From NCBI GenBank assembly GCA_965221775.1, contig CBDCSU010000006.1, positions 2,432,001 to 2,496,000 on the forward strand: a stretch of 64,000 nucleotides of DNA, given 5' to 3'. The stretch is from Candidatus Latescibacterota bacterium (GTDB lineage Bacteria > Latescibacterota > UBA2968 > UBA8231). Made by a program: the position numbers and the translations under genes. This document shows, piece by piece, positions 11,404 through 20,627 of the stretch (positions are counted from its first letter, which is position 1; every line of letters starts with the position of its first letter). Below the pieces are notes generated by a model that did no database searches, was not told where the DNA came from, and worked only from the letters and a program-made list of their open reading frames with translations.

Positions 11404-12225
11404 CTACCCGAAGATGCGGCGCCGCAGGCCGACGAAGAACTCCGCCTCCCGCGCCACGGCCGCGTCGAAGCCGTCCGCCGGGAGGTGGAACTCGCAGTGA
11501 ATCGACGCCGGGCCGCCGAAACCGTGGTCGCGCAGGATCTCGAAGACCGAGGTGAAATCGGCCATCCCCTGGCCGGCCTCGACCACGTCCCGGACCTTGC
11601 GGCCGTGCCCGTGGCGCTCCTCGCGGCGCAGCAGGAAGTCCTTCAGGGCCACCGCCGACAGGTGCTCCCGGTGGATGGCCAGGGCCACGGCGAACTCCTC
11701 GCCCTCGCCCACCAGATGCCCCGTGTCGAGGTAGGCGCCGACGCGGGCCGGATCTAGGCCGCGCAGCAGGTGAGCGAGCATGCCGGCATTCAGCCCCAGG
11801 CAGCGGTTGGAGTGGGTGTGGTAGACGACCTGCACCCCGTGGGCGGCGGCCAGCTCGCCCCAGCGGGTCAACTCGCCGCGGCAGGCGGCGACGGCCTCCC
11901 AGTAGTCGGCGGCGGGATCGAGCTTGAAGTAGCCGAGCTTCACCCGCGGCACCCCGGCCGCGGCCATCGCCTCGAGCAGGGGTTCGGCCCCGGGAGCGCC
12001 GGGGTCGACCAGGCCGGTGTCGGCCGTGATCAGGGGGATGTCGAGCCCCCGCCGCCGCAGGCTCTCGGCCGCCACCGGCAGGGCCTCGGAGACGTTGCCG
12101 GGATTCACCGGGTGGCCGGGCCTCACGGCGAGATCGTAGCCGTCGATGCCGAGGCGGCCGGCGAGGTCTCCCAGCTCGTCCACGCCGAGCGCGGCCAGCA
12201 TCTTCGAGAACACGATCAGCTTCAT
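11404..12225 (-). CDS. Sugar phosphate isomerase/epimerase (TIM barrel) family
   Basis: YLDTGHL, ALKDF, AGQGMADF, SIHCE. Confidence 0.8.
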   Translation of the reverse strand: MKLIVFSKMLAALGVDELGDLAGRLGIDGYDLAVRPGHPVNPGNVSEALPVAAESLRRRGLDIPLITADTGLVDPGAPGAEPLLEAMAAAGVPRVKLGYFKLDPAADYWEAVAACRGELTRWGELAAAHGVQVVYHTHSNRCLGLNAGMLAHLLRGLDPARVGAYLDTGHLVGEGEEFAVALAIHREHLSAVALKDFLLRREERHGHGRKVRDVVEAGQGMADFTSVFEILRDHGFGGPASIHCEFHLPADGFDAAVAREAEFFVGLRRRIFG

Positions 12226-12244
12226 CGGTCGGGGCGCCGGCGGC

Positions 12245-13057
12245 TCAGTCGGCGGTCAGGGTCAGCTCGGCGCGGCCGCCGAGCCCGTGGACCACGGGGA
12301 AGGTCATCTCCCGGGGCCTGCCCTCGGCGGGGCGGTAGCGCACCGTCGGCGGGAAGTAGGCGTAGAGCGCCGTGTGCCGCGGCCTCGAACTGTTGTTGGC
12401 GCCCGAGCCGTGCACGACCAGGCTGTGGAAGAGCAGGGCGCTGCCCGCCTTCAGGGGGACCTCCCGGCACTGGCCCATGTCGACGTCCTCGCGGTCGGTG
12501 AGGGGCTGGTCCCGCTCGCGGGTGATGCGGCCCCATCTCTGCGACCCCCACTTGTGGCTGCCCGGGATCACCTGGATGCAGCCGTTCTCCGGATCGCTGT
12601 CGGTGAGGGCGATGCTCACCGTCACCAGCGCCGGCGGCTCCATCGGCCAGTAGGGCGAGTCCTGGTGCAGGCCGTGGGCCGATCCGTGGTGGGCGGGCTT
12701 GAGCATGAGGGTGCTGCGGAAGAGGAGCAAATCGTCGCCGATGAGCATGCGGATCGTCTCGAGCAGCCGCGGGTGGGCGGCCAGATCGCGGAAGACCTCG
12801 GAGTGCTTCCCCGTCCTCTCGATCTTGCGCAGCACCGGACGCCCTTCCCCCGCGCCCGGGGCCGCGTAGGGCTCCAGCTGGAAGCTGCGCCGGCTCCGCT
12901 CCTCGTCCGACAGCCCGGCGGCCAGCGCGTGCAGGCGCTCGATCTCCCGGGCGCAGGCCTCGACCTCGTCCGCGTCGAGCATGCCCTCGAGCACGAGGTA
13001 GCCGTGCTCCTCGAAGAAGGTCCGCTTCTCTTCCGCCGGCAGGGTGGCCGTCGTCAT
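12245..13057 (-). CDS. Phytanoyl-CoA dioxygenase (PhyH) family protein
   Basis: FEEHGYLV, LHQD (HxD), GCIQVIPGSH, HGSGANNS-x2-R. Confidence 0.92.
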   Translation of the reverse strand: MTTATLPAEEKRTFFEEHGYLVLEGMLDADEVEACAREIERLHALAAGLSDEERSRRSFQLEPYAAPGAGEGRPVLRKIERTGKHSEVFRDLAAHPRLLETIRMLIGDDLLLFRSTLMLKPAHHGSAHGLHQDSPYWPMEPPALVTVSIALTDSDPENGCIQVIPGSHKWGSQRWGRITRERDQPLTDREDVDMGQCREVPLKAGSALLFHSLVVHGSGANNSSRPRHTALYAYFPPTVRYRPAEGRPREMTFPVVHGLGGRAELTLTAD

Positions 13058-13193
13058 CGTCTCGCTCCTGACGTGGGTCCGTGGGTCGCCGGCGGGGAAT
13101 CTACGGGACGGTCCGCGGCCCTGCCATCCCGGCGCCCGTCCCCTATCATTCGCGCAACCGCCCCCCCATCCTCCCTCCCGCAAGGTGCAACGC

Positions 13194-13775
13194 ATGCGAT
13201 CCAGATCCTCGATTCCCATCGGCGCCGCGCTGCTGGCAGCCTGCCTGGCCGGCGCCGACGAGCACCCGGTCCCGAAGGCGCCCGACCAGATCCGGCCTCT
13301 CCTCATCGGCAGCGAGGCCCCCGGCGGCGTCTGGCCCGATGCCGCCGGCGAACCGTTCGATCTCGGCGAGGCGCTGAAGGCGGGTCCCGCGGTGGTGGTG
13401 TTCTACCGCGCCCACTGGTGACCCCACTGCCGCAAGCAGTTGGTTCAACTGCAAGCAGACTCCGAGACGCTGAACGAGCTGGGATTCCGCATCGTCGCCG
13501 TGTGCATCGATCCACCGGAGGTGCTGGCGAAGACCGCGGTGGACTGGGGGCTGGGGATGCCCCTGCTCTCCGACCCGGAGCTGAAGCTGGCCCACGCGTA
13601 CGGTGTCGCCTTCCGGCCCGAGGGCCGGCCGGGGTTGCCCGTGCCCGCCGTGTTCCTCGTCACCGAGGGCCGGATCCGGTTCCAGTACGTGAACCCGACC
13701 TACCAGGTGCGGCTGGCGCGGGAGGTGCTGCTGGCGGCGGCCCGGGAGCTGTCGCCGCGGCGGCAGGAAGAGTGA
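13194..13775 (+). CDS. Exported AhpC/TSA peroxiredoxin-like selenoprotein (in-frame TGA 13419-13421 read as Sec; UPHC motif)
   Basis: VVVFYRAHW-TGA-PHCRKQL matches the family pattern FYRGxWCPxC; frame stays open to 13775 through LLSDP and PVPAVFLV; SECIS-like hairpin follows. Confidence 0.88.
13427..13458 (+). promoter_or_regulatory. Bacterial SECIS-like element
   Basis: Upper stem GCAGTTG-GTT-CAACTGC (13436-13452) with a G-first loop 21 nt after the TGA; lower stem CTGC/GCAG. Confidence 0.75.
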
Positions 13776-13788
13776 GTCCGGGCGGCCT

Positions 13789-14931
13789 TCAGACCGCCGC
13801 GTAGGCGAGTCCGAGCACGGCCAGCACCAGGCTGCAGGCCAGCCCCAGGCCGAAGGGCCGGGCGCCGCCGACGGCCAGGGAGCGCAGTTGCGTCATCAGG
13901 CCGACGGCGGCCATGGCCGCCGTGATCAGCCACTTCGCCCCGCCGGAGGCCAGTTGCGCCAGGTTGTACGTGCGGTCCCCCTCGCCGAAGAGGAAGCGGT
14001 CGGTCATGTGGAAGGTGACGTCGGGCAGGAACCCCGTGGTGCGCAGGAAGGCGGCGAGCACGAACAGCAGCAGGAAGCCCGGCACCAGCCCCTTGTAGTC
14101 GACCCGCCGGCCCACGTACGCCGTCCGGCGGCGGCGGTGGCGGGCGTAGAGGGCGCCGAGGAGGACCACCGCCGGACCCAGCATGGAGATGCGCACGAGC
14201 TTGACGATGGTGGCCACCTCGCCGGCGGTCTGGCCGTCCCCCGGGTGGGCGAATCCGGCGGCCAGCACCTGGGGCGTGGCGTGGATCGCCAGCCCGCACC
14301 AGAGGCCGTAGATCTCCGGCGACAGGGCCAGCACCGCGGCCAGGGCGGGGAAGGCGAGCATGGCCATCACCCCGAGGAGGTTCACGGTGGCCACCGAGAC
14401 CGCCACCTCCCGCTCCTCGCACTCCAGGACCGGCGCCGCGGCGACGATCGCCGAGGTGCCGCAGATGGCGGTGCCGAGGCCCAGGAGCAGGGCCGGCTTG
14501 CGGCCCAGGCCGAAGCGGGGGCCAAGGGCCCGGGCCAGAAGGACGACGAGCACGATGAGGACGACGACGGCGGCGAGCACGCCGAGGCCGATGCGGACCA
14601 GGTCGTGGAAGTCGAGACTGGCGCCGAGGAGGACGATGCCGACGAGCAGCACCCGGCGAATGACGAAGTCGGCTCCGGGCTTCAGGGCGGCGGTGGCCGG
14701 CACCAGGTTGCGCAGGGCCATGCCGAGGAGCAGGGCCAGCAGCACCGGGCTCAGGGGGTGCTGGCCGCCGGAGAGGGTGAAAGGCGGCCAGGGCAGGTCG
14801 TTGAGCTGAAAGGCGAGCCAGGCCAGGACGCCGCAGAGGAGGGCCCCCGGCACGGGGTGGCCGCGGTGCCACTGCGCCAGCTGCCGCCGGAAGCGGCTCT
14901 CGAAGGCCCTCTCCGTGCGCTGAATCGCCAC
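13789..14931 (-). CDS. YeiH / putative sulfate exporter family membrane protein
   Basis: [27 protein letters not shown]; multiple TM segments; GTG start is approximate. Confidence 0.88.
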   Translation of the reverse strand: MAIQRTERAFESRFRRQLAQWHRGHPVPGALLCGVLAWLAFQLNDLPWPPFTLSGGQHPLSPVLLALLLGMALRNLVPATAALKPGADFVIRRVLLVGIVLLGASLDFHDLVRIGLGVLAAVVVLIVLVVLLARALGPRFGLGRKPALLLGLGTAICGTSAIVAAAPVLECEEREVAVSVATVNLLGVMAMLAFPALAAVLALSPEIYGLWCGLAIHATPQVLAAGFAHPGDGQTAGEVATIVKLVRISMLGPAVVLLGALYARHRRRRTAYVGRRVDYKGLVPGFLLLFVLAAFLRTTGFLPDVTFHMTDRFLFGEGDRTYNLAQLASGGAKWLITAAMAAVGLMTQLRSLAVGGARPFGLGLACSLVLAVLGLAYAAV

Positions 14932-14942
14932 CGCCGCCCGTC

Positions 14943-15900
14943 TCAGAGCCAGCCGCCGCCGAGGGCGTCGCGGTCGCGGAAGTACTCGGCCACCGAGAAG
15001 TAGCGGGTGCCCGTGTCGCACAGGACGGTGACCACCGTGGCCTCGGGGGGCAGCTCCTCGGCGACCTGCCGGGCGGCGACGACGTTGGCCCCCGAGGAGA
15101 TGCCCACCAGCAGCGACTCGCGGTTCGCCAGGGCCTCGGTCATGTCGAAGGCGTCGCGGTCCTCCACGGTGAGGACCGCGGTCGATGATCTCGCGGTTGA
15201 GGATCGGCGGCACGAAGCCGGCGCCGATCCCTTCGATGGCGTGGGGGCCGCCCTTGCCGCCGGAGAGCACCGCCGAGGCCGCCGGCTCGACGGCGACGAT
15301 CTCGACGCCCTCGATGGCATCCTTGAGCACCTGGCCGGCGCCGGTGATCGTGCCGCCCGTGCCGACGCCGGTGACGAAGGCGTCGATCCTCCCCCCGGTG
15401 GCCTCGAGGATCTCGGGGCCGGTGGTGCGGCGGTGGACCTCGGGGTTGGCCGGGTTCTCGAACTGGCGCAGCTCCAGGCAGTTCGGGTTGCGGTCGATGA
15501 TCTCGGCGGCGCGGCGCACGGCGCCGCCCATGTCCTGGTCGCCCGGGGTGAGCACCACCTCGGCGCCGTAGCGGGTCACCAGGGCCCGCCGCTCGAAGCT
15601 CATCGTCTCCGGCATGGTGAGGATCAGGCGGTAGCCGAGGCTGGAGCAGAGCATGGCCAGGCCGATGCCGGTGTTGCCGCTGGTGGCCTCCACGATCGTC
15701 GTCTCCGGCTCGAGCACGCCGCGGGCCTCGGCGTCGCGCACCATGCTCAGGGCGATGCGGTCCTTGACGCTGCCGCCGGGGTTGAGGTACTCCATCTTGC
15801 CGAGAATCGTCGCCCCGCCCTCGGGCGACAGGTGGCGCAGGCGGATCAGCGGCGTGCCGCCGATCATCTCCGTGACCCGGTCGTGAATCCCGGCCGCCAT
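14943..15900 (-). pseudogene. cysK: Cysteine synthase with a +1 frameshift near 15177 (pseudogene or sequence error)
   Basis: [32 protein letters not shown] in one frame; [10 protein letters not shown]...GISSGAN...CDTGTRY in another; one extra G in GAC CGC G GTC. Confidence 0.9.
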
Positions 15901-15905
15901 GGCGT

Positions 15906-17441
15906 TCACCGCAGGACCATCACTTTCCGCGTATAGCTGTCGCCGCCGGCGCGCAGCCGCAGGATGTAGACGCCGCTGCCGAGGCTGCGGCCGCCGGCCG
16001 CGGTCCCGTCCCAGCGCGCCCGGTAGCGCCCGGGTGGCATCCGGCCGCTGCGCAGCGTCACCAGGGGCCGGCCGAGGAGGTCGTGGACGCGCAGGTCCAC
16101 CTCCGTCTCGCGGGCGATCTCGAAAGGCAGGACGGTGCCGGCGTTGAAGGGGTTCGGGTAGGCCGGCTCCAGCCGGCTCGCCCGGGGCCGGGCCGCCTCG
16201 AGGCCGCTCACCGCCGTCGGCGGCGCCGTGCGGAAGCGGGCGAACCACAGCTCCAGGTTCGGATGGGGTCCGCTGCTGAAGACGGCGCAGGGCTCGTCGG
16301 GCAGCACGCTGCCGCTCGACGGTGAGATCCCGTAGAGGAACCACACGCTCTGCAGGCCGTGGCCGTCGAAGCCGGCCAGGTCGGCCCTGGTCCAGCTGCG
16401 CCCTCCCTCCTCGGCGCGGTAGAGCAACAGGGAGCTGCCATGCGTCACGGTCATCCACAACTCCCCGGGCCGCGCCGGCGCCTCGTAGACCGCGGCCACC
16501 GCCGCACCGCCGATGACCACCTCCTCCCACTGCTCCGTTCCCGGGTCCCGGCGGTAGACCATCAGCCGGTTGTTGCCGCCCTCGGGCTCGTACTGGCCGG
16601 TGAGGTAGAGGGCGCCGTCGGCCGCCCTCCACATCGCTTCGCCATAGGCGATGTTCTGCGTCCAGGGAACGACGTCGGCCACCACCTCGACCTCGGCCGA
16701 GAGGGGATCGGCGTAGGGCACGTAGAGGTAGTTGATGCGGTTGTAGTAGGAGCTGAGGTCGGCGTTGTTGCTGACCACGAGGTGGAAGCCGTCGCCGTCG
16801 GGCCAGATCACCGGGTAGAGCCAGGTGGTGTAGGGCTCCTCGGCGCGCTGCTCCCGGGCCAGCAGGTGAGGGCCGCCCCACTCGCCGGTGCCCAGATCGA
16901 CCCAGGCGACGAGGAAGGAGTAGGTGGCCGGGTCGGCGATGTAGCCGAGGACCAGGCGGTCGCCGTCCATGGCGGCGCCGACGTAGCCCGCCTTGCCCAG
17001 GCCCGCCGGCAGGGCCACCTCCTCGAAGCTGTCCGGGTCGCCGCGGCTCTGCTGGTGGAGGATGCGGGGACCGTCGAGGAGGCGGGGGTGGACGAGCACG
17101 AGCCGCCGCTGGCTGTCGAGCAGCACCAGGCCCGGCTGGTAGTCGTGGGTGCCCCAGTCGTAGAACCGCTTCCAGCCCTCCTCGCCGCCGCGGTAGACGA
17201 CGCCCTGGGCGGTGGAAGGATCGAGCCCCCACATGCCGACGGCGTAGAAGTCGTCGCCGTCGAAGACCAGCTTGGGCCCGTTGTAGCCGAAGTAGGGACT
17301 GACCCACGCCTCGCCCGTGTCGATGCGGGAGAGGGCGAAGTCGATGACCCCGTCCTGGGCGTGGAGAGAGAAGGGAAGGGCGAGGCCCAGCGACAGCAGC
17401 GCGAGCCGGAGGCGGGAGGCGGTGGGGCGGACGGGAATCAT
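15906..17441 (-). CDS. Secreted protein (possible beta-propeller) with FlgD-Ig/T9SS-like C-terminal domain
   Basis: Signal peptide ending LHA-Q; Asp-box-like EEGGRSW; YPNPFN...WDGT...SGVYILRL tail. Confidence 0.75.
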   Translation of the reverse strand: MIPVRPTASRLRLALLSLGLALPFSLHAQDGVIDFALSRIDTGEAWVSPYFGYNGPKLVFDGDDFYAVGMWGLDPSTAQGVVYRGGEEGWKRFYDWGTHDYQPGLVLLDSQRRLVLVHPRLLDGPRILHQQSRGDPDSFEEVALPAGLGKAGYVGAAMDGDRLVLGYIADPATYSFLVAWVDLGTGEWGGPHLLAREQRAEEPYTTWLYPVIWPDGDGFHLVVSNNADLSSYYNRINYLYVPYADPLSAEVEVVADVVPWTQNIAYGEAMWRAADGALYLTGQYEPEGGNNRLMVYRRDPGTEQWEEVVIGGAAVAAVYEAPARPGELWMTVTHGSSLLLYRAEEGGRSWTRADLAGFDGHGLQSVWFLYGISPSSGSVLPDEPCAVFSSGPHPNLELWFARFRTAPPTAVSGLEAARPRASRLEPAYPNPFNAGTVLPFEIARETEVDLRVHDLLGRPLVTLRSGRMPPGRYRARWDGTAAGGRSLGSGVYILRLRAGGDSYTRKVMVLR

Positions 17442-17506
17442 CTGGCACCTCCAGGGTCTGGAGCCTCCGCAAAGCAAGGGTCTGGGACACTCTGGCGACA
17501 GCCCGG

Positions 17507-18376
17507 TCACGCCGAGCCTCCCGGCGCCGGCTGGACCGCACCCCCCACCTCGATGCCGCCGTGGGAGGCGGTCCTCAGCCGCAGCAGGGAAGGCCGCCCC
17601 ATCTCGAATCCCTGCTCGACGCGCAGCTCGCCGCCGGCGGGGTCGAGGCCGCCCTGCACCGAGAGGCAGGCGCCCAGGCAGGCGGCGGCGGCGCCGCTGG
17701 CCGGGTCCTCCAGGGCCTCCTCGTCCCCCGGCAGGAAGAGCCGCGCCGAGAGGTGGTTGTCCGCCGAACGGGTCTCCCGGCAGAAGGCGTAGACCCGCGC
17801 GTGGAGGGCCTTGTGGCGCACCATGCGCACGCCGAAGGCGCGGAAGGCGGCGGCGTCGAGGTGGCAGGCGTGCAGCTCCTCCAGCCCCGCGAGGGGGACG
17901 ATGAGGATGGGGAGACCGGCGCCGGTGAGCCGCGGCGGTTCCAGCTCCCCGGGGGCCGGACCGCGCAGCCCCAGGGTGGCGCGGACCTCGGGGGCGGGCC
18001 AGTCGGAGCCCAGCTCGATGGTCGGCGCCGTGAGCCAGGCGGTGCCGTCCTCGAAGCGGACGTCCACGTCGCCGAGGGCCATGGCCAGGACCACCTCTTC
18101 CGGCTCTCCGGTGAGCAGGTGCTCCCGCGCCGCCCGGGCGGCGCCGAGGGCGGCGTGGCCCGAGAACGGGATCTGCCGGCTCGCGGTGAACACCTCCACG
18201 CGGCACGGTCCGCTGCCGGCCGTCGGCGGCAGGAGGAAGGCGGTCTCCCGGCTGTCGTGCGCCGCGGCCTCGGCCATCATCTCGCGGGAGTCCAGCGGCT
18301 CGTCGAGGAGGCGCACGGCCAGCGGATTGCCTCCCGCCCCCTCGTGGGTGAAGACGTCGAGGACGAGATCAGCCAT
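17507..18376 (-). CDS. PhzF-family isomerase/epimerase
   Basis: [37 protein letters not shown]. Confidence 0.9.
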   Translation of the reverse strand: MADLVLDVFTHEGAGGNPLAVRLLDEPLDSREMMAEAAAHDSRETAFLLPPTAGSGPCRVEVFTASRQIPFSGHAALGAARAAREHLLTGEPEEVVLAMALGDVDVRFEDGTAWLTAPTIELGSDWPAPEVRATLGLRGPAPGELEPPRLTGAGLPILIVPLAGLEELHACHLDAAAFRAFGVRMVRHKALHARVYAFCRETRSADNHLSARLFLPGDEEALEDPASGAAAACLGACLSVQGGLDPAGGELRVEQGFEMGRPSLLRLRTASHGGIEVGGAVQPAPGGSA

Positions 18377-20510
18377 CGTCCGCACCCGGCGCCGCGAGCA
18401 GCAGGTCGTCCGTGGGCGGCTCCTCGGCCACGGCCAGCACCCCCACGAAGGCGCGGGCGGCGGCGGGATCGTTGGTGAACACGGCCCCGCGCGAGATCTG
18501 CCGCCCGTCGCCGGACATCTCCAGGGGCAGGCGCTGCCGCAGGCGGTCGGCCCAGGCCGCGGCCGAGGCGTGGCCGGCGGCGCGCAGGTCCTTCAGCCGC
18601 CACAGGCGCCAGACCGCGGACCTCGAGGCCAGCACCCGCCTCTGCAGGGCCAGGCCCACCCGGCCCATGGTCAGCCGCGGGTTCAGCTCCACCACGGGCT
18701 TGAGCCGCAGGCCGCCGTCCGCCGCGTCCTGGTACACGAGGGCGTCCACCCCCAGCGGCCCCCGGAATTCCGGCGGCAGTCGGCGGCCGAGATCTTCTCC
18801 GAGGCGACGGTAGAGCCGCTGCAGCCGGCGGCCGTCGCGCCCGTCGCCGTAGAGGAACCGCCTCGTCTCCTGGTCGAGGCCGGAGACCCGGTCGTGGAGC
18901 ACGACCCCCTGGAAGCGCCCCCCGGCGCCGGTGAGGAAGCGGGTGATCCCGGCCAGGCGCAGGTCGCCGTCGTCCTCGATCTCGTACTGGGCCGACAGGT
19001 CGAGGAGGAGGTCCAGCCAGGGCTCGACGACGACGTTGCCGTCCTCCTGCAGGACCCCTCCCAGCCAGCGGCGGTGATGCTCCGGCAGCTCGGGGGAGTC
19101 GAGGAAGATCCGGCGCCCGCCGGCGGTCCCGAAGGCCGCCTTCACCACCGCCCGCCGCCAGCCCGCCGCGAATCCAGCCGCCAGCGCCGCGGCGGCCTCC
19201 GCCTCGGTGGCGCAGGACGCGCCCACCACCTCCGGGCCGCAGAGCCAGTCCCCCTCCTCCTCGCGCAGCGACGGGAGGACCGCGGCCAGCCAGGCGGCGC
19301 TCCAGGCCTTGGAGTAGAGCTGCCGCCTCTCCTCGTCCCAGAGGCTCCCCACCGGTTCGCCCGCCGGCAGCTGGTCCGCCAGCGGGCCGAGGGCGGCGAC
19401 GCTGTCCGGCGCCCAGCCCCAGGGCCGCAGCCCGGTGAGCCGGCGCCCGTCCAGGGCTTCCGGCACCGGCTGCGCCGCCGGGTCCCACTCCACCAGCTCC
19501 GGCACCGGCAGTCCCGCCGTTCGCAACTCCTGCAGGTAGGCCAGCCGCGGCCGCTCGGGGACGACCACCACGTCGTCGGGGGCCGCCAGGAAGGCGGGCA
19601 GCAGCGCCAGGTCGCGGGACAGGTCCCGGAGCGGCGCCGGCGGCGTGAAGGGGGCGCCCCGGCCGGCGGCCAGGTCGCACAGGGGGTTGAACCAGTGGAG
19701 CCGGGGGCAGCGCCCGTGGGAGTGCACGAACAGCTCCAGCTCGTCGACGAAGGCCCTGGGCAGTCCCGCCCGGAGCCGGCCTTCCCGGTTGAAGCCGATC
19801 CCCTTGGCGCGGCTCGGGCTCAGGGGGAACCCGAGGGCCTGGCGGAAGGACTCCCACTCGCTCTGCGACGGGGCGCGCCAGGTGTTGAACCAGTTCAGGC
19901 CGTGGCGCACGTGGCCGATCTCGTCGCGGTAGATGCGCCCCATGAGGGCCGCCGTATCGGCGTCGCCCAACTCGTCGAAGAGCCGCTGGTAGTGGGGGGC
20001 ATAGTCGAGGTTCGCCTGCTCCAGGGTGAGGCTCAGGCGGGTGACGAAGTCCAGGGGCGTCGGCATGGGCGAGATGGCGCGCCAGAAGAAGTCGCTCACC
20101 GGGATCTGGCCGAAGGCGACGCCGGCGCCGCGGATCCGCTCCAGGTAGAGGCGCAGGTGCTCCTGCTCGTCGAGCAGGGTCCGGGCCACGCCGCGGCGGA
20201 ACCGGGCCGGGGCGCCGGGGAACTTCAGCAGCACCAGGGCCATCAGCTCCGCCGCCATCAGCTCGTGGTTGGCGAAGAAGTGCAGCACGAGACCGCGGTC
20301 CTCGTCTCGCTCCAGGGAGCGCACCTCGTCGAAGGCGACGCGCCCGGTCTCGCTCCAGCGGTCGAGGGCCAGCTCCGGCGGCCGCCCCGGGCCGTCGGGG
20401 GAGGTCACCGGGCGCCCCGGACGCTCGTCGGTCAGGCGGCCGGGGGCGGTGAGCTTGTGCTCCAGGGTGTCGCCGAAGAGCACGGCCTCGGCCAGCTCGC
20501 GGATCTCCAT
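18369..20510 (-). CDS. DUF455-type ferritin-like domain fused to an ATP-grasp-like domain
   Basis: FANHELMAAE, DEQEH, LEQANLD, DEIGH; C-half VVKAAFGTAG, VVEPW, GPLGVD, VELNPRLTMG. Confidence 0.75.
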   Translation of the reverse strand: MEIRELAEAVLFGDTLEHKLTAPGRLTDERPGRPVTSPDGPGRPPELALDRWSETGRVAFDEVRSLERDEDRGLVLHFFANHELMAAELMALVLLKFPGAPARFRRGVARTLLDEQEHLRLYLERIRGAGVAFGQIPVSDFFWRAISPMPTPLDFVTRLSLTLEQANLDYAPHYQRLFDELGDADTAALMGRIYRDEIGHVRHGLNWFNTWRAPSQSEWESFRQALGFPLSPSRAKGIGFNREGRLRAGLPRAFVDELELFVHSHGRCPRLHWFNPLCDLAAGRGAPFTPPAPLRDLSRDLALLPAFLAAPDDVVVVPERPRLAYLQELRTAGLPVPELVEWDPAAQPVPEALDGRRLTGLRPWGWAPDSVAALGPLADQLPAGEPVGSLWDEERRQLYSKAWSAAWLAAVLPSLREEEGDWLCGPEVVGASCATEAEAAAALAAGFAAGWRRAVVKAAFGTAGGRRIFLDSPELPEHHRRWLGGVLQEDGNVVVEPWLDLLLDLSAQYEIEDDGDLRLAGITRFLTGAGGRFQGVVLHDRVSGLDQETRRFLYGDGRDGRRLQRLYRRLGEDLGRRLPPEFRGPLGVDALVYQDAADGGLRLKPVVELNPRLTMGRVGLALQRRVLASRSAVWRLWRLKDLRAAGHASAAAWADRLRQRLPLEMSGDGRQISRGAVFTNDPAAARAFVGVLAVAEEPPTDDLLLAAPGADDG

Positions 20511-20627
20511 GGCGAAAAGCTACCCTTCCACAGGAGCGCCGGCGACCTTTCATCTCTCGTGGCGGGAGTCGGGACCAGGGCCTACAATGACCGCTCTTCA
20601 CTTTCGGATCACACGGGGACGGCAGCG

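Noticed and set aside
13789-17541. Apparent 1250-aa CysK-YeiH fusion
   Set aside because: Produced by the cysK frameshift plus a stop-free GC-rich frame; the true CysK C-terminus is in another frame.
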